Part shown: piece by piece, positions 1 to 12,216 of the stretch
Layout: every line of letters begins with the position of its first letter
Position numbering within the stretch: position 1 is the first letter of the stretch
Source: Bilabrum cf. latius
Taxonomy: Eukaryota
Direction: 5' to 3'
Length of the DNA stretch: 64,000 bases
Assembly (NCBI GenBank): GCA_965178125.1
Contig: OZ237770.1
Coordinates: 372,001-436,000, forward strand
The notes under the pieces: generated by a model
Databases searched by the model: none
What the model was told of the DNA's origin: nothing
The model's input: only the letters and a program-made list of their open reading frames with translations
Program-made: the position numbers and the translations under genes

Positions 1-1511
1 AGGGAGCTGGCCTCGCCCTCCGCGGTTGCAACCGCCTGAAGGGCTTGGTCTCGCTCGCGCTCCAGGGCGGAGCACCGGCCCGCGAGTACGGTGAGGTCCG
101 AGCGAACCTTCGCGAACTCCTCGCCGCGCTTGCTCATCTGCTTCTCCTTCTCCTCCGCCTCTGATTCTGCCTCGGCCGCCCGCTCCGTCGCCTGCCGCAG
201 CGCCCGCCGTAGCTCCCCCTCCTGCTGCTCCGATCGGCGCAATGCCTCACGGACCTCCTTCAACTCCCCCCGCGCCTCCTCCTCCCCCTGCCGCGCCTGA
301 CGAGTGCCCTCTACCGCCTCCGATCGAGCCCGTGAGGCATCTCCCTGCAGCTCAGACACGCGGTCCTGGAGCCGCCTGCACTCGGACGAGAGCTCGCGCA
401 GCCGGGCCCGAAGCGCCCCCGCGGCCTCCTGCGCCTGCTTGCCCTGCTCCTGCACCCTCCGACTCGCCTCCTGACGGGCCCGCTGCGCTTGTTCCCTGGC
501 ACGCTCTGCCTCCCGCCGAGCCCCCGCAAGCTCCTGCTCGAGCCCCGCCGCTCGCTCCGCCGCTGCCGCTGCCTCGTCCTGCGCCAGCCGCCCTTGTCTC
601 GTGGCCCCCTCCAGCTCTCGCACCCTCCTCTGGAGCCGATCCACCCGGGACTGGAGCGCGGCCCTCTCCCCCTCCGAGCGGCGGTAGGCCTGGGGGGAGG
701 GCTGCAGCACGCCCAGGTCACTCGTCACACCGGTGGTGGTGGAGGAAGGGGCGCCGGCAGACTGTGAAGGTTCGCTGATACCCGTCCACTCGGGGACGGT
801 CGGCGGTGTGACGAGTGATGATTGCAGCGCTGGTGCAGCTGTGATGACTGCTGCTGCGTGGCCCGTCCCACTCGTCACACCATGAGGACTGACGGGTGCC
901 ACGGTATGGCCGATGGAAGGGGTAGCTGCCGGGCCGTGCGAATGAGGGTGCGCCCCGACGCTTGTGTGACGAGTGGGCTGCGGCTACCAGGAGGCAGCAT
1001 CGTGAGCGAGCACCCCGCTCCGAGCAAGTGCTCCGTTGGGAGCAGCAGCAGTGCCATTGGCAGATGCGTCGTCACGCTGCCAGTGCTGGTCACCGTGCTG
1101 CGTCGAGCCCTGCATCTTGCGGATGGCGTGTGGCGAATGCAATGCACTGCGACGCAGCGGTGCTCCTCCGGGAGCCATGGAAGCGCCCATTCCTAAACCC
1201 GACACGCCCGATTGCGTCGCAGCGACCGATTGCTCGTCCAAGCTGGCGGCGGGATTGCCGCCAGCTGCAAACTGGTCGCCTTTCCCGAGGTCTGCTCCGC
1301 TCCATGCACTCGAATCCTGAAATGTTGATCGTGCGGGTCGCTCAGTACCGTCCTGGCTCGTGGAGCCGCCAGGCTTTGGTGTGTCTGGCGCAAGCTGCGG
1401 CAGCAGCCTTCGCAACTGCTGATGAGGGGAATTGCCTGTGGTTGCCATGCTGCGAGTGTATGAATTAATTAATGGAATTGCAGATTTTACCTGAAACATT
1501 GATCGTCCCAT
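1..1511 (-). CDS. Coiled-coil protein, 5' part (runs off the left edge); start at 1511 or 1448; one in-frame TAG at 984
   Basis: ORF 984..1511 continues in frame past the TAG at 984-986 with no TAA/TGA, into an E/Q/R/A-rich heptad region (RAALQSRVDRLQRRVRELEG...ELAGARREAERAREQ). A possible 41-nt GT-AG intron at 1450-1490 makes the start uncertain. Confidence 0.7.
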
Positions 1512-1941
1512 GGCGATGAACTGTCAATGTTTGTTGCACATCGATACGAGCACGTCGACAACACATTCAGCACGTTTCAGCCAGCGAAAGCATCAATGTA
1601 TGAGAGAAAGCGGTAGTTCATTATAATACGGTAAAATCTAGTAGAATGGCGGGTCAAACACTTACGCAGCTCACGAAATATTCAAATCGATCGGTCCGTT
1701 GGGTCATTGGCCGGCGCCGCGGTCGGTCGCGGCTCCGCAGCTGTCGCATCATCACGGTGACAATTGGTCGCTTCCAATCCCGAATCGGTCCCCCCGATTC
1801 CCCGAAAAGCATGCGTTGAGGCATGAATTGCATTGCTACGAGTCGATGGATTCCATTTCAAAATCTATCTCAGCTCAGCTCGCCTAGGTATAACAGTCAA
1901 CAAAGGCCCCTTGCACCAGGGGCCAGCCCAGCAAAGGCACC

Positions 1942-4900
1942 TCACGCCTCCCCAGCCGCCCCGCTCGCCCCTCCAACCGCCGCACCCCCATCACTCGTCA
2001 CACCACCCCGCCCCCCTCCGGCCCTCAGCCCCGCCACCTCCGCCCTCAGAAGCGCCAGCTCCCTCCTCTCCGCCTCCGCCGCAGCTGCACCACCCCCGCC
2101 CGACTTGCCCACGGCACCGAACTGAACCTTCCTGCACCGCTCGGCAAACTGCAGGGAACACATCGATTCCTCCGCGTTCCACTGCACCGGGGACACGTTC
2201 ACCATCATCAGCAGCTTGGCAGTACCTGACAACGAGTCCTGCAGCAGGAACGTGAGCTTGCTGTTGCGGAACGGGACGTGCCCCCCCGCTCCCGCCCCGG
2301 CTCCTCCCGCCGCGCTCCCGCTCTTGGCCTGCCTCTGCCCCAGTGCGGCAACCACCGCGCCAAGTGCACTCAGGCTCTTGTTGATGGCCTGCGCTTCTTT
2401 CAGCTGCTTACCCTGCGCCCTGGTCTTGGACAGCCTCTCTGACCCCGCCAGGTCGATCATGTGCAGCTTGGCACGCCACTTGCCTCCCGTGGCCCCGTCC
2501 TCCCCGCGGACCCGAACGGTTACAACCAGGTGTGACCTGCTGGAGTGCTCGTTCATGTCGTGTGCCGCCGCCGCCCGCCTCTTGCTTCCCTTCCGAAGCA
2601 CCTCCGCCACCTCTGCTGGGCTGCTCACCGCTTCCTCTGTAAGCCCCGGCACGTCCACACCACGGGCGGTGAGCCGCACCTCTAGAGTCGGGGGGCCACC
2701 TCCACCTGGTCTGCTCCCCCCCGCCCTGCGGCTGGCTTTCGATGAAGCTGCCGATGATCCCGCCCCTGCCTTGCCCGCACTCGCCACACCGGCCAGCAGG
2801 TCCCTCACCGTCTCATTGTAGATCTCCAGCATGGACACGCTGAAGCCGTACTTCATCCGGGGGGCCCTTGCACTGCCCTCCTCGAACAGCTCGCTGATGG
2901 CACGGTAGTTCACCCCCCTGTCCTCGGGCGGACCCTCCATGGTGTGCGTCTTACCCGAGCCCGTCTGGCCGTACGCAAGTATGGTGGCGTTGTACCCGTC
3001 CAGCACGCTGTGCACCAGCGGCCTCACCTCCTCGAACACCTCCCTCTGGCTCGACTCCGGGCGGAACACGCGGTCAAAATCGAACCTTCGCTTCAGCGCG
3101 CCCTCCTCGTCGGTGCTCAGCGAAAGTTCGTCCAGCGAACCCTTGGGGAAGGTCACCGCCTTCCTGCTGGCGAGCTTCCTGCCCCTCTCGTGGGACAGGA
3201 TCGGCCTGACCCTGCAGAATACCCGGATGGCGCCCCGCATGTCCACCAGAACATTGTGCAGCTTGCGCCTGCGCTTGCACTCGACGACGTGCATTGCCTT
3301 GTAGTGCTCCACCTCGCCTTTCATCTCTGCCTCTTTCTACATTACCCGCCTGTCAGCTTCCTACTTGGCTGCAGCTAGGTTTTCGGCATTCTCCAGAAGA
3401 GTAGATTCACGCATATCTTCACTCGCTTGCCTGACCGCACTTGCCTACTACTCGTCCCGCTCCTTGCCCAGAGCTGCCAGAGCCTGGGACTGCTGGTCGT
3501 CCCGCTCCTTGCCCAGAGCTGCCAGAGCCTAGGACTGCTGCTCGTCCCGCTCCTTGCCCAGAGCTGCAAGAGCCTGGGACTGCTGCTCGTCCCGCTCCTT
3601 GCCCAGAGCTGCCAGAGCCTACGACTGCTGCTCGTCCCGCTCCTTGCCCAGAGCTGCCAGAGCCTGGGACTGCTGCTCGTCCCGCTCCTTGCCCAGAGCT
3701 GCAAGAGCCTACGACTGCTGGTCGTCCCGCTCCTTGCCCAGAGCTGCCAGAGCCTGGGACTGCTGGTCGTCCCGCTCCTTGCCCAGAGCTGCCAGAGCCT
3801 ACGACTACTGCTCGTCCCGCTCCTTGCCCAGAGCTGCCAGAGCCTACGACTGCTGCTCGTCCCGCTCCTTGCCCAGAGCTGCCAGAGCCTACGACTGCTG
3901 CTCGTCCCGCTCCTTGCCCAGAGCTGCCAGAGCCTAGGACTGCTGCTCGTCCCGCTCCTTGCCCAGAGCTGCCAGAGCCTGGGACTGCTGCTCGTCCCGC
4001 TCCTTGCCCAGAGCTGCCAGAGCCTACGACTGCTGCTCGTCCCGCTCCTTGCCCAGAGCTGCCAGAGCCTGGGACTGCTGCTCGTCCCGCTCCTTGCCCA
4101 GAGCTGCCAGAGCCTACGACTGCTGCTCGTCCCGCTCCTTGCCCAGAGCTGCCAGAGCCTAGGACTGCTGCTCGTCCCGCTCCTTGCCCAGAGCTGCAAG
4201 AGCCTACGACTGCTGCTCGTCCCGCTCCTTGCCCAGAGCTGCCAGAGCCTACGACTGCTGCTCGTCCCGCTCCTTGCCCAGAGCTGCCAGAGCCTAGGAC
4301 TGCTGCTCGTCCCGCTCCTTGCCCAGAGCTGCCAGAGCCTAGGACTGCTGCTCGTCCCGCTCCTTGCCCAGAGCTGCCAGAGCCTAGGACTGCTGCTCGT
4401 CCCGCTCCTTGCCCAGAGCTGCCAGAGCCTGGGACTGCTGCTCGTCCCGCTCCTTGCCCAGAGCTGCCAGAGCCTACGACTACTGCTCGTCCCGCTCCTT
4501 GCCCAGAGCTGCAAGAGCCTACGACTGCTGCTCGTCCCGCTCCTTGCCCAGAGCTGCAAGAGCCTACGACTGCTGCTCGTCCCGCTCCTTGCCCAGAGCT
4601 GCCAGAGCCTACGACTGCTGCTCGTCCCGCTCCTTGCCCAGAGCTGCCAGAGCCTACGACTGCTGCTCGTCCCGCTCCTTGCCCAGAGCTGCCAGAGCCT
4701 GGGACTGCTGCTCGTCCCGCTCCTTGCCCAGAGCTGCCAGAGCCTACGACTGCTGCTCGTCCCGCTCCTTGCCCAGAGCTGCAAGAGCCTGGGACTGCTG
4801 CTCGTCCCGCTCCTTGCCCAGAGCTGCCAGAGCCTGGGACTGCTGCTCGTCCCGCTCCTTGCCCAGAGCTGCCAGAGCCTGGGACTGCTGCTCGTCCCGC

Positions 4901-7900
4901 TCCTTGCCCAGAGCTGCCAGAGCCTAGGACTACTGCTCGTCCCGCTCCTTGCCCAGAGCTGCCAGAGCCTAGGACTGCTGCTCGTCTTGTGTCTTGTGTA
5001 GCTCTGTTAACGCTTGCTGATGAGTCTCAGTAATCTGAGCAATGCGCTTGTGTAGCTCTGATGCATCCTCCTGTGCTGCTTCCAATGCTGCGCCCGATTT
5101 ACCAGCATCAGATGATAGCTGTTTTTCCAACTACTCTACTTTAGCATTGGTGGCTTGCATCTAGTGGTCCAATGCGACCTTAATGGACTACGCATCGGCA
5201 AGCGAGTCCTGTAGCTGCTGGTTCTGCTGCTCCTTGGCCTGCAAGTCGGTCTGTAGCTGCTGGTTCTGCTGCTCCTTGGCCTGCAAGTCGGTCTGTAGCT
5301 GCTGGTTCTGCTGCTCCTTGGCCTGCAAGTCGGTCTGTAGCTGCTGGTTCTGCTGCTCCTTGGCCTGCAAGTCGGTCTGTAGCTGCTGGTTCTGCTGCTC
5401 CTTGGCCTGCAAGTCGGTCTGTAGCTGCTGGTTCTGCTGCTCCTTGGCCTGCAAGTCGGTCTGTAGCTGCTGGTTCTGCTGCTGCAGCACAGCTTCATTG
5501 CTACGTTGCGCCTCGGCTTCCGCTGCCATCTTGGACCTGGATTTCTCAAGCTACCGATCCGCCTACTGTTTGCTTTCCTCAGCTGCGGTAAGCTATGCTT
5601 GCATCCGATCCATCTGGTTCTGCAGATCCACGATCTTCTTCCTGCTGACATCTAGGTCCTTCGCCAAGCGGTCCCTCTCCGTCTGCAGCTCCAAGACAAC
5701 GTCAGTGCCCTGCTGCTGGCCGCCGCGGCTGTCTGTGGAAGTGTCTGTGGGGGTCGCAGGTGCCGGCCGAAGTTGCTACGTCTCTGCCAGCTCGGCCGTC
5801 AGCTTGTGCGCCATCGCCCGACTGGCAGCCAGCTCCTTCTCGCGATCGTCCAACCGAGCCTCCAGCTCATCAATCATCTCCCTGTCCGAGTCCCGTTCCC
5901 GCTGCAATCGATCCAGCGCTTTTCGCCTGCTCTCTTCTGCTTTAGCGTCCCTGGCCCCTGCCTCCCGCAAGTCCTCCACTTCGGCCATCACGTCATCCAG
6001 ATTGCGCTGGGTATCGGATAGTTCCTTGCGGGCCTTCGTCAGCTGCATGCTCCTCTCCTGCAGCTGACTCGCCTGCCCCTGCAGCTCCTGCACCTCTCGC
6101 TCGAGAGCGCCGCATCGTGCCTGCTAGTCGACTAATCTGGCCTCGGCCTGTTCTGCGCGGTGCCTCAGCTCCTCCTCTTCTTCTTCTTCTTGCTGCTGCT
6201 GCTGCAGTGCTGCAGCTGCATCCTGATCCTGCTGGCTTGTGCCAGCGGCCGAATCACTCAAATTTCCCGCGCCCACACTGACTGCAGCGCTCGACGCACT
6301 TGCATGACCCTGCCCACTCGCTGGACCACCTGCCTGTGATGCAATCTGCGACTGCTTCTCCTTGTCCTCCTCATGTCTGCCCCTGTGAATGTATCTCTGC
6401 ACCATGATGCGAAGGGCCTGACACTCGGTGTGCAGCCGAGCACTTGTCACACGCTCTGCTTCCAGCTGCCGGCGAAGATTGGCCGCAGCAGTGGGGTCGA
6501 GCGCAGGGCTCGCAGCCACGTCAACATCGCACTGGCGCGCATCTACCTTGGCCTCGACGGCGGCCTCTCCGTCTCCACCTCCATCTCCATCTCCATCTCT
6601 CTTTCCACTCCCGAGTGTTGCGGCTGTCTCCAGCCTCGCTTCCGCCTCCCGGGCCCGGACCATCCACTGGTGGAGCTCCTTCCTGAGCGATGCACCACCC
6701 TGCAATGCATGCATGCCCGGTGGATTCGATTCCGGGTCCATATCGCGACCGTGTTCCCCCGCACCATCGCGGGGCTCGCCCCCTGCATCCTTCCCAATGC
6801 CCTCTGCTCCTGCTCCTGCTCCATCCAATCCGCCTGCGTCTGTTCGCGTGCCGTCCCCAGCGCCCGCACCAGCTCCCAGCTCCCCATCACCCACTCGCCC
6901 CTTGCCCAGCCTCACCTCAGCTAGTGCCAGCCGACTCGCCATGATGCCCAAGGCCTCCTCCTTCCTGCCCAGTTGCCACCTGGCGTCCTGAAGCGCCACC
7001 ACAGCACGACGAAGCGCAGCCTCGAGGGCCCGTGCCGGCATGGACCCGGCCACCGACAGGTCACGCGCCGCCGCGCTCGCCGCCTGGGCCGTGGGCGAGG
7101 ATGCCCGCCTCCGTGGATGATGCCTCACGGGTGTGCCGCTCGCCGATCGGAGCTGCGCCACGGTGGGAGAGGTGCGCTCGGGGCCCGCCTGTACTTCCTC
7201 GCGCACTGCGGCTGCGATGGAACGGGCCGCCGCAGATGCCGATGGTTTGGACCCGGATGATCCTGGAGAAAACAGCGCTTTCCTGCGCATCGGAGAGCTG
7301 TCCTCGTCATCCTCTGGCCCCCCATTCGATTCCGGATCCCCGTCCGCAGGTCTTGCCCTGCCACCGGTAGCGATACCCCGCCCCGTTGCCCTCGGTAGCG
7401 CCGGGGTAGCCTGCACGCTTGGGGGGAGGCTCGGGGGCTGCGGCTCCGACGACGAACCCCCGGTGGATTCCGGCTCCGGGTCGTTTCCATAGCCCGCAGG
7501 TGTTCTGGTCTGGCGGACAGCAGAGGCGGGAACAGGGGTGCGGTCTGCGGAACCGGCGCCGCGCGAACGCCCCACGGCCCCGCCTTCCGACGGAGATTGG
7601 ATCATGGGAGAAGGGGTGGGGGTCGGGGTCGGGTCCTCCCCCTCGACCTCTGTGTTCACCTATGCTTCCAACTGCTCCTGCTCCTGCTCCTGCTCCTGCT
7701 TCTGCACCCGGTCCTCATCCTCGTCCTCATCCTCGCCCACCAGTGATGTGATCAGCGAGCCGACGCCCTGCTCCAGTGACCCGCCCAGGCTGTACAAGAA
7801 CGAGCCGAAGCCTTCTTCCTCCTGCCCGTCCACCTCGTCCTTCCTACCCACCCCCTTGCTTGTAGTGGGCGAAGGGCCCAGCTCCCCAACCAGCGCACCA

Positions 7901-9138
7901 CCACAGTGCGATGCATCCAGTCGTTCCTTCTCCCACGATGATACCTATTTCAGCTCCGATTCCTCCACCCCCTGCAGCCACCTCGCCGCATCCCTCCCCC
8001 CCTGCAAAGCCGCGAGCAGCCGGAACCTCCACCTCGATTTGTTCTCCTCCTCGCTCAGCCTTGCCCCAAGCTGGGTCAGGGAACCCCGGAGCGCCGCGCA
8101 CTCTGCTTCGTGTTGCGCAGCGGCCACCCCCGCTTGTTCCCTGGCCTTGCGCGCCTGTGCCTCGGCCCCCCTCTGCCTCTCCTTCGCCTCTGACAGCCGG
8201 TCCGCGAACTGCTCCAGCTTACCCTACAGCACGGCGTAGTCGCTCTGGGACTGCTCCGACTGGCGACTTGCCTCCGCTGCTGCGGACTCGGCCGCGGTGG
8301 CGCGGGCTCGGGCGCGGGCCAGCTGCACCCGGGCGTCCCTCAGCTGGACGAGCAGGTGCTCCGTGCGGGTCTGCTCGGCGGCAACGGTGTGACGAGCGAG
8401 GGCGCTGGAGGCAGCTGCCGAGCCCGTAGTGGGGGCGGTTAGTTGAGATTGGGAGCCGCATGCCGAAGATGCCGCTAAGTCCCCACTGGCAGCGCTAGCC
8501 TCGGTCTGGTCCCGACACGATGCTTCCTCCCGGGACTGCAGCACCACCTGCCAGCATTCCGGGCCGAGGGTACCTTCCAAAGCGCTAGGACTGCTCGAGC
8601 CAGACTGACCTGTACTTTCAGATGCAGGCTTTGCATCCTACAAACAGGCCTCCAGCTTGTCAGCCATCATAAGCAAGGCTCCCTGCGAAGGTAGTATTGC
8701 AACTTCTCTACTGCCAAGAGGTTTGTTGGTATCGGCAAATCGACGCGACATCCACACTCGAACTGTAAACGTACCTATTGCTTGCGAATAAGCTGTGCTG
8801 AGCTTTGCTGCTACTCGTACATTAGTCGCTGCACATCGAGAAGTGCTTGCTTCGTTGCCTGCAATGTTGAATCAAGAACACCTAATCACGTGAGTACATG
8901 ACCCCATTGGACGCGAATCATGGAAATTCATCTAGATACGACTAACCTCCAGGGAATCATTGAGTTCTCTTTCCCGTAAAGCAGCTGTCTTTGAAACGGG
9001 TCTTTCCAGGCCGTTCGTACCTGCCAGTGCAGCTGTGGTCCGCTCCTTGTCAGTCGCTTCTTTTAGCAGCTCCTCGTCAGTCAAGCCTACAGGCTAATCA
9101 TCAACTTCATCTCCTAGAAGCCAGCCTGCGAATTCCAT
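1942..9138 (-). CDS. Kinesin-14 family (C-terminal motor) protein, ~2338 aa, with a long coiled-coil/repeat stalk. Predicted exons 9138-8947, 8858-8775, 8682-1942; TAG read as Gln
   Basis: Motor motifs RRKLHN..RGAIRVFCRVRP, AYGQTGSGKT, NEHSSRSH, DLAGSER and HVPFRNSKLT lie at the C-terminus. ORFs 1942, 5188, 5776, 6124, 7660, 7945 and 8224 share one frame separated only by TAG. Introns GTTAGT..TTGCAG (8946-8859) and GTACGT..TCGCAG (8774-8683) keep the frame. Terminal TGA at 1942-1944. Confidence 0.88.
3451..4986 (-). repeat. Coding tandem repeat, 34 x 45 bp, encoding QQSQALAALGKERDE
   Basis: The unit ctcgtcccgctccttgcccagagctgccagagcctgggactgctg repeats head-to-tail without spacers, in frame with the kinesin-14 motor. 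Confidence 0.97.
5209..5484 (-). repeat. Coding tandem repeat, ~6.5 x 42 bp, encoding QNQQLQTDLQAKEQ (two heptads)
   Basis: Identical units ctgtagctgctggttctgctgctccttggcctgcaagtcggt; translated in ORF 5188..5529. Confidence 0.95.
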
Positions 9139-9264
9139 GATTGTGACGCGGATGCGGTCGTGCGTAGCCCCAACCAATGTTAGAATTCATCTTCGAAAAA
9201 TTCCCCGGTTCAACAAGTTGGCAGCCAACAAATTGTACTCCCTTGTATCTCCTCAAAGTAAGGC
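9139..9264. promoter_or_regulatory. Putative bidirectional promoter (126 bp between divergent ATGs)
   Basis: AT-richer gap between the predicted kinesin-14 ATG (9138, -) and the membrane-protein ATG (9265, +). Inferred from gene layout only. Confidence 0.45.
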
Positions 9265-11935
9265 ATGGATGTCTAGCAATGCTGCAAGTGTCTGCTCGAG
9301 CAATTCAAGTGCCTCAAAGACCTTAGGGAGAGGTCAAGGCGGATTCTTGTATCGATAATGATTGGTGCATCGGTATATTCGTTAGGTATCGGTTTATATA
9401 CTGCTTACATGCTTGTAAGTCAATATTTGCAATACATGTTGCTATGCGGCCGGGTTCTTCAGCCAGTGTAATGCATCTCTTTCCAGGGTAATGCGTTGGC
9501 GTACTATAGTCGCCGCAGATTGGAACGGGAAAGATTGACATCCCAAACTTCAAAAATATCCTCACCACTCGACCGATAACAAACATCTCAATAGTCAATT
9601 CGCATGGAAGCTGTCCTAAAGATTTCGAGATGCTCTTGGATCCAAACGATATGATCTGGCCAGGAACAGCGTCAGGGGCTTGTGCTTGCCCGATGCCTGG
9701 CAAAATAGCCAACTCCCCTTCAAGCAGCGAGCTGTCCTGCAGTCACGAGCAAATCATTGCGGGATGTGCTACCGGTAAGATACAAGCAATGCGATTGCCA
9801 TATTTTTCGCAGCAACCCGCTCGGTCGTCATTCTTATCGTTAATGGACATTTCTGTTCATAGGCGTGCTTCACGTACTAATGTTTAAACTATTTGTACTA
9901 CTTCGCAGATCCGGCGATCGGCCCGATCGCTTCTGTTTGGCATGGCATTCGCGGACTATGTGTCCAGCGACATGCCACTGCTCGTCTATTCGCAAACGGG
10001 ACTGACAATCACGGGAAGACCCGATTATAGCCACGGCCAATGGTTTCCATGGCAGCATGCCCCACTGGCTGGAGAGCGTGCATTCCGAACGGCACGAGGG
10101 CAACCACTCCCTTGGATGGCTCTGCTTGCGTGCGGGACGACGCAGAGGTCCAAGAGCCCTGCCCCCTCACTGGGATTGCCCTTCTCACGAGGGACCAGCT
10201 AGATGCCTCAAATGGTACCTACCAAGGCAGTATCGCGCTGCCTAACGACGAATCGCTAGTACTGGCATACACGGTCGCGCATCCCGGTGGTGTACGGCCC
10301 GACGCCCAATGGGGAAAGCCTCTTGCGCCTCTGCAGCACTTCGAGCTTACTCTTGGCCAGTACCCGTGCTTACGAAGCGATGGTAACCCTGATGGCGTTC
10401 GCAGTTGGTACGCAGTGCAAGGGAGCAGTACAGCCGGTGATGGAAGCAAGTGGGACGATTGCTCGTTGCATCACACATAGAACACACTCTTTTCTGACTT
10501 TGCAACAGTCGGAGTGCAGCCAAGGCTTGGGTAGGGTGGCCACTTGCACGATACATTTGCGTAGTCAGAGCGTTGCACAGTGGATCCAGCTCGCCCAGAG
10601 GTACCAGCAATGCGGTGCAGTCCGAATGATACAATTTGTGAACGCGTTTCACACACAGGCCGTTGTGAGAAACTCCAACGCTTCGCTGCGATGTAGACTA
10701 AAGATCCAACAGTGAATGTATCTCTGGTAGCCAGAAAGGAGATGTGGGTCTCCCCATATTGCCCAGACATTGCTCAGTTGTTGGCGGGGCACATGAGCAC
10801 AAGCGCTGACGATCTTCAATACGCGGCGTACGTTGCAATCGCATTAAATTTGTTCGTTTCGTTGGTGCAAGCATCTCAACGATGCACGTTGCTCTGTGTT
10901 GGGTTTGCGTATGGCGGTTTGGAGCCTGATTCCGACGAAGATTCTGCCTCCAAGAGCGAATGGCTCAAGCATGTTGGCTGCATTGAATTCGACAATACGG
11001 GCGACTGGTACTAGGTACTAACCGAGTCGACCCCTTGTCAGCAGTGGGGCGGGGTTTTGCTTCTTGCTCTCTCGGTGTTCAACCTTGCTGCTCAACAGTT
11101 TGCTTTCTACTACGGCCGGAAACTGCTCCCTGTCGTTTTCGGGTACGACACTGGCGCAAGCTGCATGGAAGTGCCGGTGTATTGGGAATTTAATCGCGCC
11201 AGGCTATGGTACATGGGTATTAACAACAAGTTTGCTCAGACCTATTTTGCATCCTTCTTGCTCCTGTGCGGGGTACTGCTCATCTCAGTTGGGAGCTGCT
11301 GGCTTGCTTGCTTTCGGAAATGCTGTGGGCATCAACCCGACGAGCTAGAAGGGTCCATTGCTGAACGCGACTACCTTGAACTCGCTGACTGCTTGCGTGA
11401 GTAGGACACAGTCTTTGATGGGACAGACTAGCCAGGTCGCTCAATTGAAGCATTCGGACAAGTAGGTCCCGGAGCAGCCGGCTTCGCACATGTACCACTC
11501 GGGCTGTACTCCCCGGCAGACATCCGTACAAGTACACCGTGTGGAATACATGAGGATTAGTCTGACGAGGAAGCTGCCAGTGGGGAAGTTGAGGGGGACA
11601 TTTCGGAGCCTGAATACTAGTCCGTGTCAGTCCAACATGCAGAGACGGTGGCCTGCGATCGAATGCTCAGCACTAGTCGGCCCTACAAATACAGTAGCCG
11701 CAGGGGCAGCAACCGGGATCGGACAAGTCGACAAGCCGAGGAGTCCAGAACACCGCAAAGTGTTTCGTTGCCTGGCTAGGGCTCGGAAGCACTCATTGTA
11801 GATCCTGTTTCGCAGGAATAGTTCTATGAGTGCAACTCCAGGCAATTGGATCCCGATCTGGATTTGGACAACATGACGGAGCCAGCAGCAATGAGCGGAA
11901 CGAAAGCAGGTTCTCGGACCGAGAGTCTTGATTAA
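9265..11935 (+). CDS. Cys-rich multi-pass membrane protein of unknown function, ~810 aa. Predicted exons 9265-9414, 9519-9774, 9909-11935; ~13 in-frame TAG
   Basis: N-terminal hydrophobic segment (ILVSIMIGASVYSLGIGLYTAYML), Cys-rich ectodomain (PITNISIV..SCPKDFE..WPGTASGACAC), then three hydrophobic helices (ORFs 10712, 11057). Introns GTAAGT..CGCAG and GTAAGA..CGCAG restore the frame. Ends at TAA 11933-11935. Confidence 0.7.
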
Positions 11936-12216
11936 TTTGACTCCATGACTTGGTGTAGCCATTCCATCGGATGGATATTTGCCTATAGGGGAATCTTGCC
12001 CTGGTCACCATCCATGGCTATGGATGCTCCACGATTAAATCTATAGCCTATAATTATCCATGGGGGACGGCTAGCACTTATGCCAAAACCTATTCATCGC
12101 GTAGGCCTAGCGCAGAACGACGCACCATCATATCCATCCATCCACTGTACACCATCAGTTGCGTCCGGCATCCAAAGATCCGGGATTACGATTCCGAATC
12201 TGATCCAGATCCAGTC

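Noticed and set aside
3451-4986. CRISPR-like array
   Set aside because: Units are contiguous with no unique spacers, there are no cas genes, and the array is in frame within a kinesin CDS.
3375-5033. Stop-free ORFs over the 45-bp array (3375..4784 -, 3427..5001 +, 3441..5033 +)
   Set aside because: These are alternative frames of a 3n repeat. Only the TAG-containing minus frame connects to the motor and gives a coiled-coil-like sequence.
12009-12026. Small inverted repeat CATCCAT-ggct-ATGGATG between convergent genes
   Set aside because: Too short to call as a terminator or element in a eukaryotic 3' region.
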